A stretch of 64,000 bases of DNA from Candidatus Omnitrophota bacterium. Lineage in GTDB: Bacteria > Omnitrophota > Gorgyraeia > Gygaellales > Profunditerraquicolaceae. A program made the position numbers and the translations under genes. The stretch lies in the NCBI GenBank assembly GCA_041663665.1, contig JBAYMG010000001.1:1482-65481 (forward strand). Reading direction: 5' to 3'. The notes below the pieces were generated by a model. It did not search any database and was not told where the DNA came from. It worked only from the letters and a program-made list of their open reading frames with translations. How positions within the stretch are numbered: position 1 is the first letter of the stretch; every line of letters starts with the position of its first letter. Below, in pieces: positions 39,609 to 49,349 of the stretch.

Positions 39609-40561
39609 AAGTGAGGAACCCAATGGATAAAAAAGATCGCGTATACGTTGCTGGCCATAGAGGTATGCTGGGATCAGCGATCGTGCGTTTACTCAAGAAA
39701 AATGGGTTCGAGAATCTTATTTTATGTAGTCATCGGGAACTTGATTTGAGAGATTTTCGTGCGGTTAAAAATTTCTTCGTGGCGCAAAATCCGGAAATAG
39801 TTATTCTTGCAGCAGCACGGGTCGGGGGGATCCAGGCGAACCTTGAGCATCCCGCGGAATTTCTCTATGACAATCTGGCAATCCAGAATAATGTAATACA
39901 GCAATCATTCTTGAATAAAATCAAAAAGTTTTGTTTCGTTGGCAGTTCCTGCATTTACCCGCGTGAATGTCCACAGCCCATGAAAGAACAGTATTTGCTA
40001 ACGGGGTTGTTAGAGCCGACAAATGAGGGGTACGCGCTGGCAAAGATCGCCGGACTGAAGATGGTTGAATATTACCGCAGGCAATACGCTTTTGGCGGAA
40101 TCAGCGTTATGCCCTGTAATTTGTACGGCACCAATGATAGTTTCGACCCTTTGCACTCGCATGTGCTGGCTGCCCTTATCAGGAAATTTGTTAACGCTGT
40201 AGACACAGGAACAGAAAATGTTACCGTTTGGGGTACAGGTTCGGCAAGGCGGGAGTTTATGCATGTAGATGACGCCGCTCAAGCTATTCTTTTTCTGATG
40301 GATAATTATAATGAACCTGAATTCATTAATATCGGCTGGGGCATCGATATTTCGATCCGTGATTTAGTGGAATTTATAGCCCGAAAGACAGGCTATAAAG
40401 GCTCTATAAATTGGGATACCGCAAAGCCCGATGGAATGCCGCGTAAATGCCTGGATGTTTCAAGGTTAAATGCTTTGGGATATACTCCAAAAATATCATT
40501 AGAAGACGGAATAAAGAAGACGATAGAAGAATATAAAACAGTAGCTTTGCCACTAAAGTAA
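39602..40561 (+). CDS. fcl: GDP-L-fucose synthase family enzyme (Fcl / ColC-like 3,5-epimerase-4-reductase)
   Basis: VYVAGHRGMLGSAI, AAARVGGIQAN and VGSSCIYP are Fcl/WcaG family motifs. Confidence 0.7.
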   Translation: MLKVRNPMDKKDRVYVAGHRGMLGSAIVRLLKKNGFENLILCSHRELDLRDFRAVKNFFVAQNPEIVILAAARVGGIQANLEHPAEFLYDNLAIQNNVIQQSFLNKIKKFCFVGSSCIYPRECPQPMKEQYLLTGLLEPTNEGYALAKIAGLKMVEYYRRQYAFGGISVMPCNLYGTNDSFDPLHSHVLAALIRKFVNAVDTGTENVTVWGTGSARREFMHVDDAAQAILFLMDNYNEPEFINIGWGIDISIRDLVEFIARKTGYKGSINWDTAKPDGMPRKCLDVSRLNALGYTPKISLEDGIKKTIEEYKTVALPLK

Positions 40562-42067
40562 ATGAATCAACTGCGTAATCGGCTTCGTATAATTAAAGAT
40601 GTATTGTATTGCAGCGCTAGCGCATTTGCATCACAGGCCATAGGCCTAGTTGCGGGTTTTTGGGTTGCCCGTTTGCTGGGGCCGCATGATTATGGTATTT
40701 GGAATGCGGTTTCATTAGTTTTAACATATGGGGCTTATACGGAATTTGGCGTACTTGCAGCGATGGGGCGTGATCTACCTTTGTATTTAGGACAAGGAAA
40801 TTTCCAAAAAGCTGCGGCTGCTGATGGTGCGGCTCGGTATACTACAGTTTATGGAGCTATTTTTGCATCTATGGTCGTGCTCGTGTTTTCTTTTTTTTCG
40901 GTCCATTCATCAATGATGGCCTTGGGACTGCGAGTTATGGCAGTTGTTTTGGTTCTGCAGCAAGTTTATACGTATCAACGAATCGTACTGCGATCTCATA
41001 ATCATTTTAAGGAGTTAGGTCAACAGCAAGTTTTATTTGCCATAGCTAGCGCAGGACTGGCAGTATTGTTTGTGGTTTTTAGTGGTTTGAAAGGTCGGCT
41101 AATCGCCGCAATCCTAGCTCAGGCGGTAATTATAATGTACGCTTTATATCGTAATCCCTGGCATCCAGTGCCGAAGTTCAACTTGCCTTTTTCATGGTCA
41201 TTAGTGTGTGTAGGTACACCGATCATACTTTCAGGCTTGATAATAACCATGTTAACATCCGTTGATCGACTTATGGCTATAACTTTCTTGGGCGAGACAC
41301 AATTAGGTTATTTTGGATTGACTCTTTTGTTAGTAAGTGTAATATCTCTGGTACCGGCAATGGCAAGCCAGGTATTGTATCCCCGAATCAACTATCATTT
41401 TGGAAATACAGGAAAGAATATTGAGGCGTTGCGTTCGTATATTCTCATCCCACCTATGGTTTTAAGTTCTTTATTACCTTTGTTAATAGGCCCGCTGTAT
41501 CTAATTCTCCCCTTTGTTGTTAAGACTTTTCTCCCAGCTTATACTCCTGGTATTGTTGCTGCTAGGATTGTTGTTGTAGGAATTTTCTTTTACGGCATCT
41601 TGGGTTTAACCGATTACTTCTTAGTGACTACCGGCAAGTTGAAGCAATATGCTCTTTTTGGCGGTATTGCGCTTGTAATTAACATAATACTGGATTTTCT
41701 GTTTATCCGTATGGGTTATGGGATCGTGGGAATAGCTGTTGGCGGGACCCTACTTACTTATTTTTTTTATTCCTGCATCGTGATCGGGTATGCGTTGTCC
41801 CATTACACAAAGAGATGTAAGGATTGGATCCGGTTTTTTACCCAGCTCTGGATACCGTTTGTCTACATGTTGATATTATTATGGTCTGTTGAGAGAATAG
41901 TGGATTATTTTGCTTTTTTCTACACATATACAGACCCGTTGGTGAACGCTAGTCTTAAAGTAATTCTGTATTTACTCGGCTGCCTACCGCTTATGTATAT
42001 AGTAGGTAGAGAATTGAAACTGGATTTTTCACAAGCAAGTTTGGCGCGTTTCGGCATTATGCGTTAA
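40562..42067 (+). CDS. wzx: oligosaccharide flippase (Wzx / MOP superfamily)
   Basis: 501-aa polytopic membrane protein with about 12-14 TM helices. It has the position and topology of Wzx. Confidence 0.65.
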   Translation: MNQLRNRLRIIKDVLYCSASAFASQAIGLVAGFWVARLLGPHDYGIWNAVSLVLTYGAYTEFGVLAAMGRDLPLYLGQGNFQKAAAADGAARYTTVYGAIFASMVVLVFSFFSVHSSMMALGLRVMAVVLVLQQVYTYQRIVLRSHNHFKELGQQQVLFAIASAGLAVLFVVFSGLKGRLIAAILAQAVIIMYALYRNPWHPVPKFNLPFSWSLVCVGTPIILSGLIITMLTSVDRLMAITFLGETQLGYFGLTLLLVSVISLVPAMASQVLYPRINYHFGNTGKNIEALRSYILIPPMVLSSLLPLLIGPLYLILPFVVKTFLPAYTPGIVAARIVVVGIFFYGILGLTDYFLVTTGKLKQYALFGGIALVINIILDFLFIRMGYGIVGIAVGGTLLTYFFYSCIVIGYALSHYTKRCKDWIRFFTQLWIPFVYMLILLWSVERIVDYFAFFYTYTDPLVNASLKVILYLLGCLPLMYIVGRELKLDFSQASLARFGIMR

Positions 42068-42085
42068 ATTATCATCAACTTGAGA

Positions 42086-43714
42086 ATGAAATATACGACG
42101 CAACCAGATTTCCAAGATACGAAAAAAGACAAACCTAAGCTAAATGCTACGGATGCTCTGAATTATTCTGCTTCTTTAGTCGAGAATTTCGGTAGGACTG
42201 AGCTTTCTAACGGAAAAACCCTGGCAGAAATACTTACTGTGGAAGGCATCTCTTTCTGGGATGTGTTTTCTGCCGAATTCGCGCATAGTCATATCCCGAC
42301 TTTATTAGCGTCCGAAGCTTTACCCGAGACCATAATACAGCGGATAAGGCCGGACTTGATACGATTGAAGTATACGGTTAAGGATTTAATTTGTAACCGC
42401 CGTAATACATATGGATGCTCAACGTGGCCAACAGGGCAAACTTTTCTTTGTCTTGGCTTCACTAATCAGATGTATAGGGATGTTCTTCATCCGGTAGTCG
42501 CCCGTCTGGTGCTGCGTGAAGATTGTTACGTAGTGGTGCTGAGCGATCAATATTTGCCTGGCATGAAGCCGTTTTTCTCTGAGAATTGTAAATATCAAAC
42601 ATTATGGCAGCATTGGAATGAACAAGTAAGAAAGCAGGTTTCTGAACTACAGAAATCAATTTACCATATTGAAGCAGATATTCAATTATCGAGCTTTTTA
42701 TCGCGGATAATACCTGATGTTGACCGGCGGCTGGCAACTAATTTCAAAAACCTCTTTGACCGGTTTTTCCGGGCCTATTTACCTCACATTATTCCGCATG
42801 TTGCCGTGGCCCGGCATATTTTAGAGAACCACCGCCCCGCGATGATAATTACGTCTGATACGGCCGATCCCCGGACTAGGGTTTATGCTTTACTTTGTCG
42901 TCTTATGAATATCCCTTGTATGGATGTTCAGTTCGGTCTAGCCGGTGATGAAGGGGTTGAGTGGCGTTTCCTTGCGGCTGATCGCGTTGCCGTTTGGGGG
43001 GATACTTCGAAAGAGTCCATGTTGAAACAGAAAGTTTCCGAAGAGAGAATAATTGTAACAGGTTCGCCGCGTCACGATTGTTTGGTCAATTCGTCTAAAG
43101 CGGAAATAAGGTTAAAACGAGCCATGCTGCGTATTCCGGAAAAAAGCGCACTGGTTGTGATGGCCTCCACTTATCATTTTAAGGTCCATGACAAATACTC
43201 AAATCCGGAACTCTTGCGTTCAATGAAGCGCGCAGTATTCGAGGCGGCCGATAAAACGGAAGGAATATGCCTTGTGGTTAAGCCTCATCCGGTTGAAAAT
43301 GTGCGTGAGACGCGAGCACTGTTGGGAAAATTCCGGAATGTTATTTTTGTTGAACGGCAGTCTGATATCCGGGAGTTGATCAGAGTTTGTGATGCTTTCA
43401 TTTCATTTGGTTCCACAGCGACTATTGATGCGCTTATTGCCGGTAAGCTTACTATTTGTCCCATTTTTCCGAGCTGGGTTTTTAGCGATACTTTTAGAAG
43501 AAGTGGGGCAACTCTTGTTCCTGAATCAAGCGAGGAGATTATAAATATATTCAAGATGATTGCAAGTGGTTCTGATGTTAATACTAAGGCAAGGCTTGAG
43601 TCTGCACGTCAGGATTTTTTAAAGCATTATGTGTATCAGACAGACGGAATGGCTGCCGCCCGCGTTGAAGCGCTGGCATTAAAGATGGTCGATATGAATC
43701 GCGAGCATGGATAA
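42086..43714 (+). CDS. hypothetical GT-B-like transferase (capsule-synthesis / CDP-glycerol glycerophosphotransferase-like); candidate nonulosonic-acid transferase
   Basis: 544-aa soluble protein with a Rossmann-like C-terminal half (VVMASTYHF...VVKPHP...FISFGSTATIDALIAGK) reminiscent of GT-B or Capsule_synth folds. No confident family assignment. Confidence 0.3.
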   Translation: MKYTTQPDFQDTKKDKPKLNATDALNYSASLVENFGRTELSNGKTLAEILTVEGISFWDVFSAEFAHSHIPTLLASEALPETIIQRIRPDLIRLKYTVKDLICNRRNTYGCSTWPTGQTFLCLGFTNQMYRDVLHPVVARLVLREDCYVVVLSDQYLPGMKPFFSENCKYQTLWQHWNEQVRKQVSELQKSIYHIEADIQLSSFLSRIIPDVDRRLATNFKNLFDRFFRAYLPHIIPHVAVARHILENHRPAMIITSDTADPRTRVYALLCRLMNIPCMDVQFGLAGDEGVEWRFLAADRVAVWGDTSKESMLKQKVSEERIIVTGSPRHDCLVNSSKAEIRLKRAMLRIPEKSALVVMASTYHFKVHDKYSNPELLRSMKRAVFEAADKTEGICLVVKPHPVENVRETRALLGKFRNVIFVERQSDIRELIRVCDAFISFGSTATIDALIAGKLTICPIFPSWVFSDTFRRSGATLVPESSEEIINIFKMIASGSDVNTKARLESARQDFLKHYVYQTDGMAAARVEALALKMVDMNREHG

Positions 43715-43831
43715 CAATATTATTCTATATTGGCATACCATATTCAAGCGCATTGTTTTTTTAGATAAATGTTAAGTCTCATTATTAAGTGGTTTTATCT
43801 ATATATTAAAATAAGATAAAGGGGGGGTAGG

Positions 43832-44776
43832 ATGTATGAGAATTTTGATGAACTAAAACAAGCAGAAGCTAGATATTTTGATTATATTGCCGATATACGA
43901 ACTCTTAATGGACATATTCCTATGGAAGCTGATATTCGTCGAGCAACAAAATTTATTCCAAAACGGACAGATGTGAACAGGTTGCCTATGGTTGATCCGG
44001 AAATGGTAGCTATTCTGGATGGATACGCTCGAGATAAATATATTAGCTGGGTTGCGCATAAGCCAGGAGGACGAGTTCTTGATATCTGCTGTGGTTCGGG
44101 GTGGTTGGCGTTGGAATTGGGGAGGCGTGGCCAACACGTTGATGCCTATGATATATCACCGAAAGCTATTGTTCTGGCAAAACGTATGCTTTTAGAGAAT
44201 CCTTACCGTGATGGATTTGGCCAGGTAAATTACTATTTGCAGGATGTTACAAAAGTAGATTTGGGCGTAGAAAAATATGATGCGGTTTCTGGGTGGTCAG
44301 CTTTTCATCATCTTCCTAATTTGCCGGTTTTTATGGAAAAAGTTTTCCGCGCGCTGAAGCCTGACGGGATCGTGGCAACAATGGATGACATGCCAAGAAA
44401 TATGCTAGAAAAGTATCTTGAGTATTTCTTATTGTTAGTTCTGCCAATTTATCCATTATCGTATGTGAAAAAAATTTCTTTTGCTTTTCAATTAGTTATG
44501 GGGAAAAAGCAGTTTCCGGTTGAGTTCTTTACTCCTATGGAGAAGGCAAAACATTCAAGCGTTGATGATATTGATAAGATATGGCATGAGCAATTTGAGA
44601 TTGTTATGAGTGTGCGGCAAAATGCTTTTGCTCCAGCGCCGTCCTCATTTCTTCTTGGTCCGGATAGTTTTCGATATACTACAGCTCGAGTGCTTGTTGC
44701 CCTTGATAGATTATTTTGCCGTCTTGGTATTACCAAAGGTTTTGATCGCAAAATGATTGCACGTAAACGAACTTAA
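43832..44776 (+). CDS. class I SAM-dependent methyltransferase
   Basis: Motif I VLDICCGSGWLALEL and motif post-I DAYDIS. Strong ribosome-binding site. Confidence 0.6.
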   Translation: MYENFDELKQAEARYFDYIADIRTLNGHIPMEADIRRATKFIPKRTDVNRLPMVDPEMVAILDGYARDKYISWVAHKPGGRVLDICCGSGWLALELGRRGQHVDAYDISPKAIVLAKRMLLENPYRDGFGQVNYYLQDVTKVDLGVEKYDAVSGWSAFHHLPNLPVFMEKVFRALKPDGIVATMDDMPRNMLEKYLEYFLLLVLPIYPLSYVKKISFAFQLVMGKKQFPVEFFTPMEKAKHSSVDDIDKIWHEQFEIVMSVRQNAFAPAPSSFLLGPDSFRYTTARVLVALDRLFCRLGITKGFDRKMIARKRT

Positions 44777-44980
44777 AATAAAAGTGCAAAAGGGAGCTAT
44801 GGATAAATCTTACAGAGACAATCCTTTTAACATTATCGCTATATTTGGCAGTGTTCTTGTGGGGGGGATATAAGATTGTTGTTACAAATTAGATCGAATA
44901 CTTGTTTTTTGAATCAGTTTATCTTCTTAACAATGAACTGTGAACAAGTGTTATATATATTATAAAAGAAAGACATTAAT

Positions 44981-46015
44981 GTGAACAAGATCCGTTTATC
45001 CATATGTATAGCTACATATAATCGTGGCAAGTACATCAGTGCAACTTTGGAAAGTATTATTTCGCAAGTGACCGATGAGGTTGAAATTGTTATTGTGGAT
45101 GGAGGGTCGACTGACGATACGAGAGTAGAAGTTGAGCAGTATATTGCGACCGGTAAACAGGTACGCTATATACGACTTCCAGTAAAAGGCGGGGTTGATC
45201 AAGATTATTGTCGTGCGCTTGAATTAGCGCGAGGAGAATATTGTTGGTTATTCACCGATGATGATATTTTAAAATCGGGTGCAATTCAGGCCGTATTGGT
45301 TGCGATGGAGTATGATTATGGGCTGATTCTTATAAATGCTGAAGTAAGAGACATAAATCTTTCTAGGATTCTGAATAGTCGGTTGCTGCATCTTACAAGC
45401 AATATGATTTATCGAAAGCTGGATTTTGAGCGGTTTTTTGTTGATACTGCAGATTATCTATCTTTCATTGGGTGTGTTGTTATCAAACGCTCGCTATGGA
45501 ATGAGCGAGAAAAAGAGAAATATTTTGGAACCGTTTTTGTTCACGTTGGTGTTATTTTTCAAAAACCACTGGATGATAAAATATTAGTAATTGTTGAACC
45601 ATTGATATCAATTAGATATGGAAACGCTTTATGGACATCTAAAAGTTTTGAAATATCCTTTTTCAAATGGCCTGAGTTAATTTGGTCATTTTCCCTATTT
45701 TCTGATATAGCAAAGCGGCAAGTATGTAAACGTGAACCTTGGCGAAGCTACAAAGCTTTGTTAATTTGTAGGGCACGAGGTGTTTTTTCTTTAAAAGAGT
45801 ACCGAATGTTAGTTGAGTCGAATTTGCGCTCTAATATGAAACGTTTATTTGTTTGGATAATTGCACAATTTCCAGGCCACTTGCTTAATTTAAGCCTATT
45901 TATTTATTTTTCTATTTTTCGTAATTTTTATTCTAAATCAAGCATTCGTTTGGATGATTTAAAAAACAGCCGATTTTATTATAAGAACCACATGAATAAA
46001 AAGATTAGAGAATAG
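44981..46015 (+). CDS. family 2 glycosyltransferase
   Basis: LSICIATYNRGKYI...VIVDGGSTDDT...DDD motifs. GTG start. Confidence 0.7.
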   Translation: MNKIRLSICIATYNRGKYISATLESIISQVTDEVEIVIVDGGSTDDTRVEVEQYIATGKQVRYIRLPVKGGVDQDYCRALELARGEYCWLFTDDDILKSGAIQAVLVAMEYDYGLILINAEVRDINLSRILNSRLLHLTSNMIYRKLDFERFFVDTADYLSFIGCVVIKRSLWNEREKEKYFGTVFVHVGVIFQKPLDDKILVIVEPLISIRYGNALWTSKSFEISFFKWPELIWSFSLFSDIAKRQVCKREPWRSYKALLICRARGVFSLKEYRMLVESNLRSNMKRLFVWIIAQFPGHLLNLSLFIYFSIFRNFYSKSSIRLDDLKNSRFYYKNHMNKKIRE

Positions 46016-46056
46016 TTTGTGAATGCAATAGGGCATGGAATAAATTAAATAATTCT

Positions 46057-47076
46057 ATGGATATATGTCACTCAAAATCGAACAAAGAAGATATTGATTT
46101 ATCCATTGTTATTGTAAGCTGGAATTCCTGGATCTATCTGCAGAAATGTATTATGTCTGTTATGGAAAATACTGGTAAATTACAGTATGAAATAATCGTT
46201 GTGGACAATTGTTCTTCTGATAATTCGGTTGAAAATATTATTGGTTGTTTTCCCAATGTAGTATTAATTAAGAATAAGAATAATGTCGGTTTTCCTATAG
46301 CAAACAATCAAGCTTTTAATATTGCCCGCGGCCAATATTTTCTTATGCTTAATCCTGATACTTTAGTCAGGCAGGATACTCTTCAGGAGTCCCTGCGTGT
46401 TTTAAAAAATGATGTTTCTATTGGTTGTGTTGGTGTTAAAACACTTAAGGGTAATGGCGAAGTTTTGTTTTCTTGTGCCAGATCGGTTCCATCGATATGG
46501 AGTACATTCTGGCATCTTTTTTATATTGATATGGTATTTAAGAATTGGAAGTTTTTTGGATCTTCAGATATGCCATATTGGGACCATAATAATAGTTGTG
46601 AAGTAGATTTGCTTCACGGCGGGTATATGATGTTCCCAAATTCTATTTATAAAAAATTAGGCGGATTGAATGAAGAAATACCGATGTTTTATGAAGATGT
46701 CGAATATTGCTGTAGGATAAAGAAAGCTGGTTTTAAAATTTATTATTTGGCAGATGTTGAAATAGTGCATTTTGTAGGGATAAGTTGTTCTAAGGCGGAT
46801 CCAAAATGGATAACAAATTTGTATTTTGAAACCGATTACCTTTATTTTTTAGAGTATGGGGGAGGCAACAAAACAGCTTTATTTTACGCATTGATGATTC
46901 TTTTATGTTTTCCTCTTCGTATTCTATATAGTCCTATTATATGGTTAGGGTACTTAATTAAGAATAGAAAAATTAAAAAAATGACTCTAATAAATTTACA
47001 AATTATAGCTTCAGGCGCATGGGCTGCGAAAAAATTGCAAAGTATTCTGGGTACAAGATTCTCTGTTGAAATCTAG
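46057..47076 (+). CDS. family 2 glycosyltransferase (WbbL/rhamnosyltransferase-like)
   Basis: LSIVIVSWNSWIYL...VVDNCSSDNS...NPDT motifs. Confidence 0.7.
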   Translation: MDICHSKSNKEDIDLSIVIVSWNSWIYLQKCIMSVMENTGKLQYEIIVVDNCSSDNSVENIIGCFPNVVLIKNKNNVGFPIANNQAFNIARGQYFLMLNPDTLVRQDTLQESLRVLKNDVSIGCVGVKTLKGNGEVLFSCARSVPSIWSTFWHLFYIDMVFKNWKFFGSSDMPYWDHNNSCEVDLLHGGYMMFPNSIYKKLGGLNEEIPMFYEDVEYCCRIKKAGFKIYYLADVEIVHFVGISCSKADPKWITNLYFETDYLYFLEYGGGNKTALFYALMILLCFPLRILYSPIIWLGYLIKNRKIKKMTLINLQIIASGAWAAKKLQSILGTRFSVEI

Positions 47077-47092
47077 AATTAGAAGGAATGTT

Positions 47093-48097
47093 ATGTCGTA
47101 TAATTTGAAAGAAAAGGAAATATCCTTATTGTCATTTTTAGCCTGTCCTTTGTGCCGGGGAGGATTGACGAGTATTGGGGTTAATCAGATGGAATGTTTA
47201 TCCTGTAAAACGGTGTATCCTGTGGAAGATAGAATTCCGATTATGTTGCCGCCGAAAATGGATAAGTTTAAAACACTTGAGGCTGAGTTTCATTCAAAGG
47301 AAGCTGATGAATTTGTAGAGCGCCACATGAAGCATTCGTACCGCGTTGCCCGATATCTTAATGATTACCTGAAATGTTTTAATGGTTGTCAAAAAGGGGC
47401 TGTTATCCTTGAGGTAGGAGGAGGAGGAGGACTTGAAGCTGTCTATCTGAAAAATATGGGGTTTACACTTATCGAGAGCGATATTTCTGTTGGCATGGTT
47501 AAAACAGGGCGAAGGCGGGCAATTGCTGCTGGACAAAATTCTGCTTCGTTATTTGTTGTTTGTGATGCTGAACAGTTGCCATGTCTGGATCAGTGTCTAG
47601 ATGTAATATTGATCGTGGGGGCGCTTCATCATCTTCCTTCTCCTGAACGTTTTTTTGCAGAAGCTAAACGTGTTCTTAAACCGGGTGGCCGGCTGGTTAT
47701 TGGTTTTGAGCCTAATCGATGGCCTTATCTTACCATTTATCCGGCATTGCGTTTGCTCAGAAAGCTTTTATACCCTAGTAAAGTTGTTGCTGGAGGAATA
47801 TCAATAGGTGATATGGTAAGTACCGGGTTTACTGAGGCAGATTTCGAGCGTTTTCTTAGAATAGCTGGTTTAAAAAAAGTTAGTTTGCAGCGTATTTGGT
47901 ATATTGATGGATTTATACAATTGGCTATGGAGCAAATTAATAGGAGACGGCCGGTTGGACGGTTATTAGACTTACCAGATACATTGCAGCGCGTATTTGT
48001 CGCTGTTGATAATTTCTTGTCGCGAATTCCCCTTTTGTGTAGATTGTGTTGGCATTGGACATTGGTGGCACAGCAGCCTTGTTCGGACTCAGACTGA
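47093..48097 (+). CDS. methyltransferase with N-terminal Trm112-like Zn-ribbon
   Basis: CPLCRGG...CLSCKTVYPVEDRIPIML (Trm112-like) followed by VILEVGGGGGLEAVYL and LKPGGRLVIGFEPN (class I methyltransferase). Confidence 0.55.
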   Translation: MSYNLKEKEISLLSFLACPLCRGGLTSIGVNQMECLSCKTVYPVEDRIPIMLPPKMDKFKTLEAEFHSKEADEFVERHMKHSYRVARYLNDYLKCFNGCQKGAVILEVGGGGGLEAVYLKNMGFTLIESDISVGMVKTGRRRAIAAGQNSASLFVVCDAEQLPCLDQCLDVILIVGALHHLPSPERFFAEAKRVLKPGGRLVIGFEPNRWPYLTIYPALRLLRKLLYPSKVVAGGISIGDMVSTGFTEADFERFLRIAGLKKVSLQRIWYIDGFIQLAMEQINRRRPVGRLLDLPDTLQRVFVAVDNFLSRIPLLCRLCWHWTLVAQQPCSDSD

Positions 48098-48142
48098 TCA
48101 TGAACCTTTTATTTTTAAACATATAGGATTCTGGAGTAATTT

Positions 48143-49348
48143 ATGGATATTCAAAATCATAATCAGTTGAATTGTGCAGGCGAATCAAATGCTATTTTTT
48201 CTTCAAGTTATAATTTTAATAAATTATTTTTTACTATACTTTATTCGCTTTTTCTTGTTTTATCGTTAACTTCTTTTATCTGGGATATTGATACGCTGAT
48301 TAAAGTAAATGCCTTTATTGGTGTGTTTGTCTTTATCCTTTTAAACATCAGGATTAAAAAGGAATATATTCCGATATATGCGTATATCGGAATTCTTATC
48401 GCATCTTTTCTTGTTTCATCATTTTTTGTTGACCGGACAGGATGGCGATTTTTTACTCCGATTATTTTTATTTTGTCTAGTATTGGTCCTGCCATGATCC
48501 TGCTCAAGAGGTATGTTTATAGCTGGGGTGGATATGTGGTGTTTTATAGCTTAACTGGATATTTTTTGATGTTAATGTTATCTGGCGTTGATGGCAATTC
48601 TGCTTTGAGATTCTGCAGCTTTAATGGTATTTCGATTGTTATGCTGATCGCCTGTATCTCTTTATATATTATTTTGAACATGGAAGGTAAAAGAATTGAT
48701 CTAAAACCGGCAGTAATTACTTTTATTATTTTAATTTGGGGAATTGGCCGCTCTGGAATTATTTCAAGTTTTATACTTTTGCTTGGCCTATTGTTTATCA
48801 GGTTTCGGGCTAAGAAAAAATATATTTATATTATGATAATTTGTTTGTCCGCTCTTTTAATTCTCGCCTATTTGCGCTGGGAAACTTTGCTACTGTTTTT
48901 TAGGGATAACTCATTTTTAAAGAATGCGATTGATCATTATTTTAGAAGAGGAGGAGGTTGGGATTCTGTGCGTACGACTATTTGGATGAACTATTTTAAT
49001 AATTTAGATATATTCCGGGTTATGTTCGGCGTTAATGTAGTTACAGATCCATGGCCTGCTGGTGAACTTAACGAATATAATTATCACAATTCGTTTATAA
49101 ACCTTCATTCGCAAACGGGATTTATGGGTCTAGTTACCTTGGGAATAATGATTTTTGCGGCTTTTAAATTTTATAACACTAATAAGGCTTTTTTTATTTT
49201 ATTGTTGGTTCTAATTTTACGTTCTTCTACCGATTTGTTAATTTTCTTCGGCCGTTTTGATTTTATTCCATTTTTCTTTATCTTCTATTTTTTAAAAAAC
49301 CGGTCAGTTAAGGAACCTGCTACAGGAAATAGACTCAATCTAAACTGA
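48143..49348 (+). CDS. polytopic membrane protein, probable O-antigen polymerase (Wzy-like)
   Basis: 401 aa with about 10-11 TM helices and a periplasmic loop near the C-terminus. No enzymatic motifs. Confidence 0.45.
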   Translation: MDIQNHNQLNCAGESNAIFSSSYNFNKLFFTILYSLFLVLSLTSFIWDIDTLIKVNAFIGVFVFILLNIRIKKEYIPIYAYIGILIASFLVSSFFVDRTGWRFFTPIIFILSSIGPAMILLKRYVYSWGGYVVFYSLTGYFLMLMLSGVDGNSALRFCSFNGISIVMLIACISLYIILNMEGKRIDLKPAVITFIILIWGIGRSGIISSFILLLGLLFIRFRAKKKYIYIMIICLSALLILAYLRWETLLLFFRDNSFLKNAIDHYFRRGGGWDSVRTTIWMNYFNNLDIFRVMFGVNVVTDPWPAGELNEYNYHNSFINLHSQTGFMGLVTLGIMIFAAFKFYNTNKAFFILLLVLILRSSTDLLIFFGRFDFIPFFFIFYFLKNRSVKEPATGNRLNLN

Positions 49349-49349
49349 T

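Noticed and set aside
44799-44873. 24-codon ORF (MDKSYRDNPFNIIAIFGSVLVGGI) in the 44.8-kb gap
   Set aside because: Too short for support from sequence alone. It may be a small membrane peptide, but there is no ribosome-binding site evidence.
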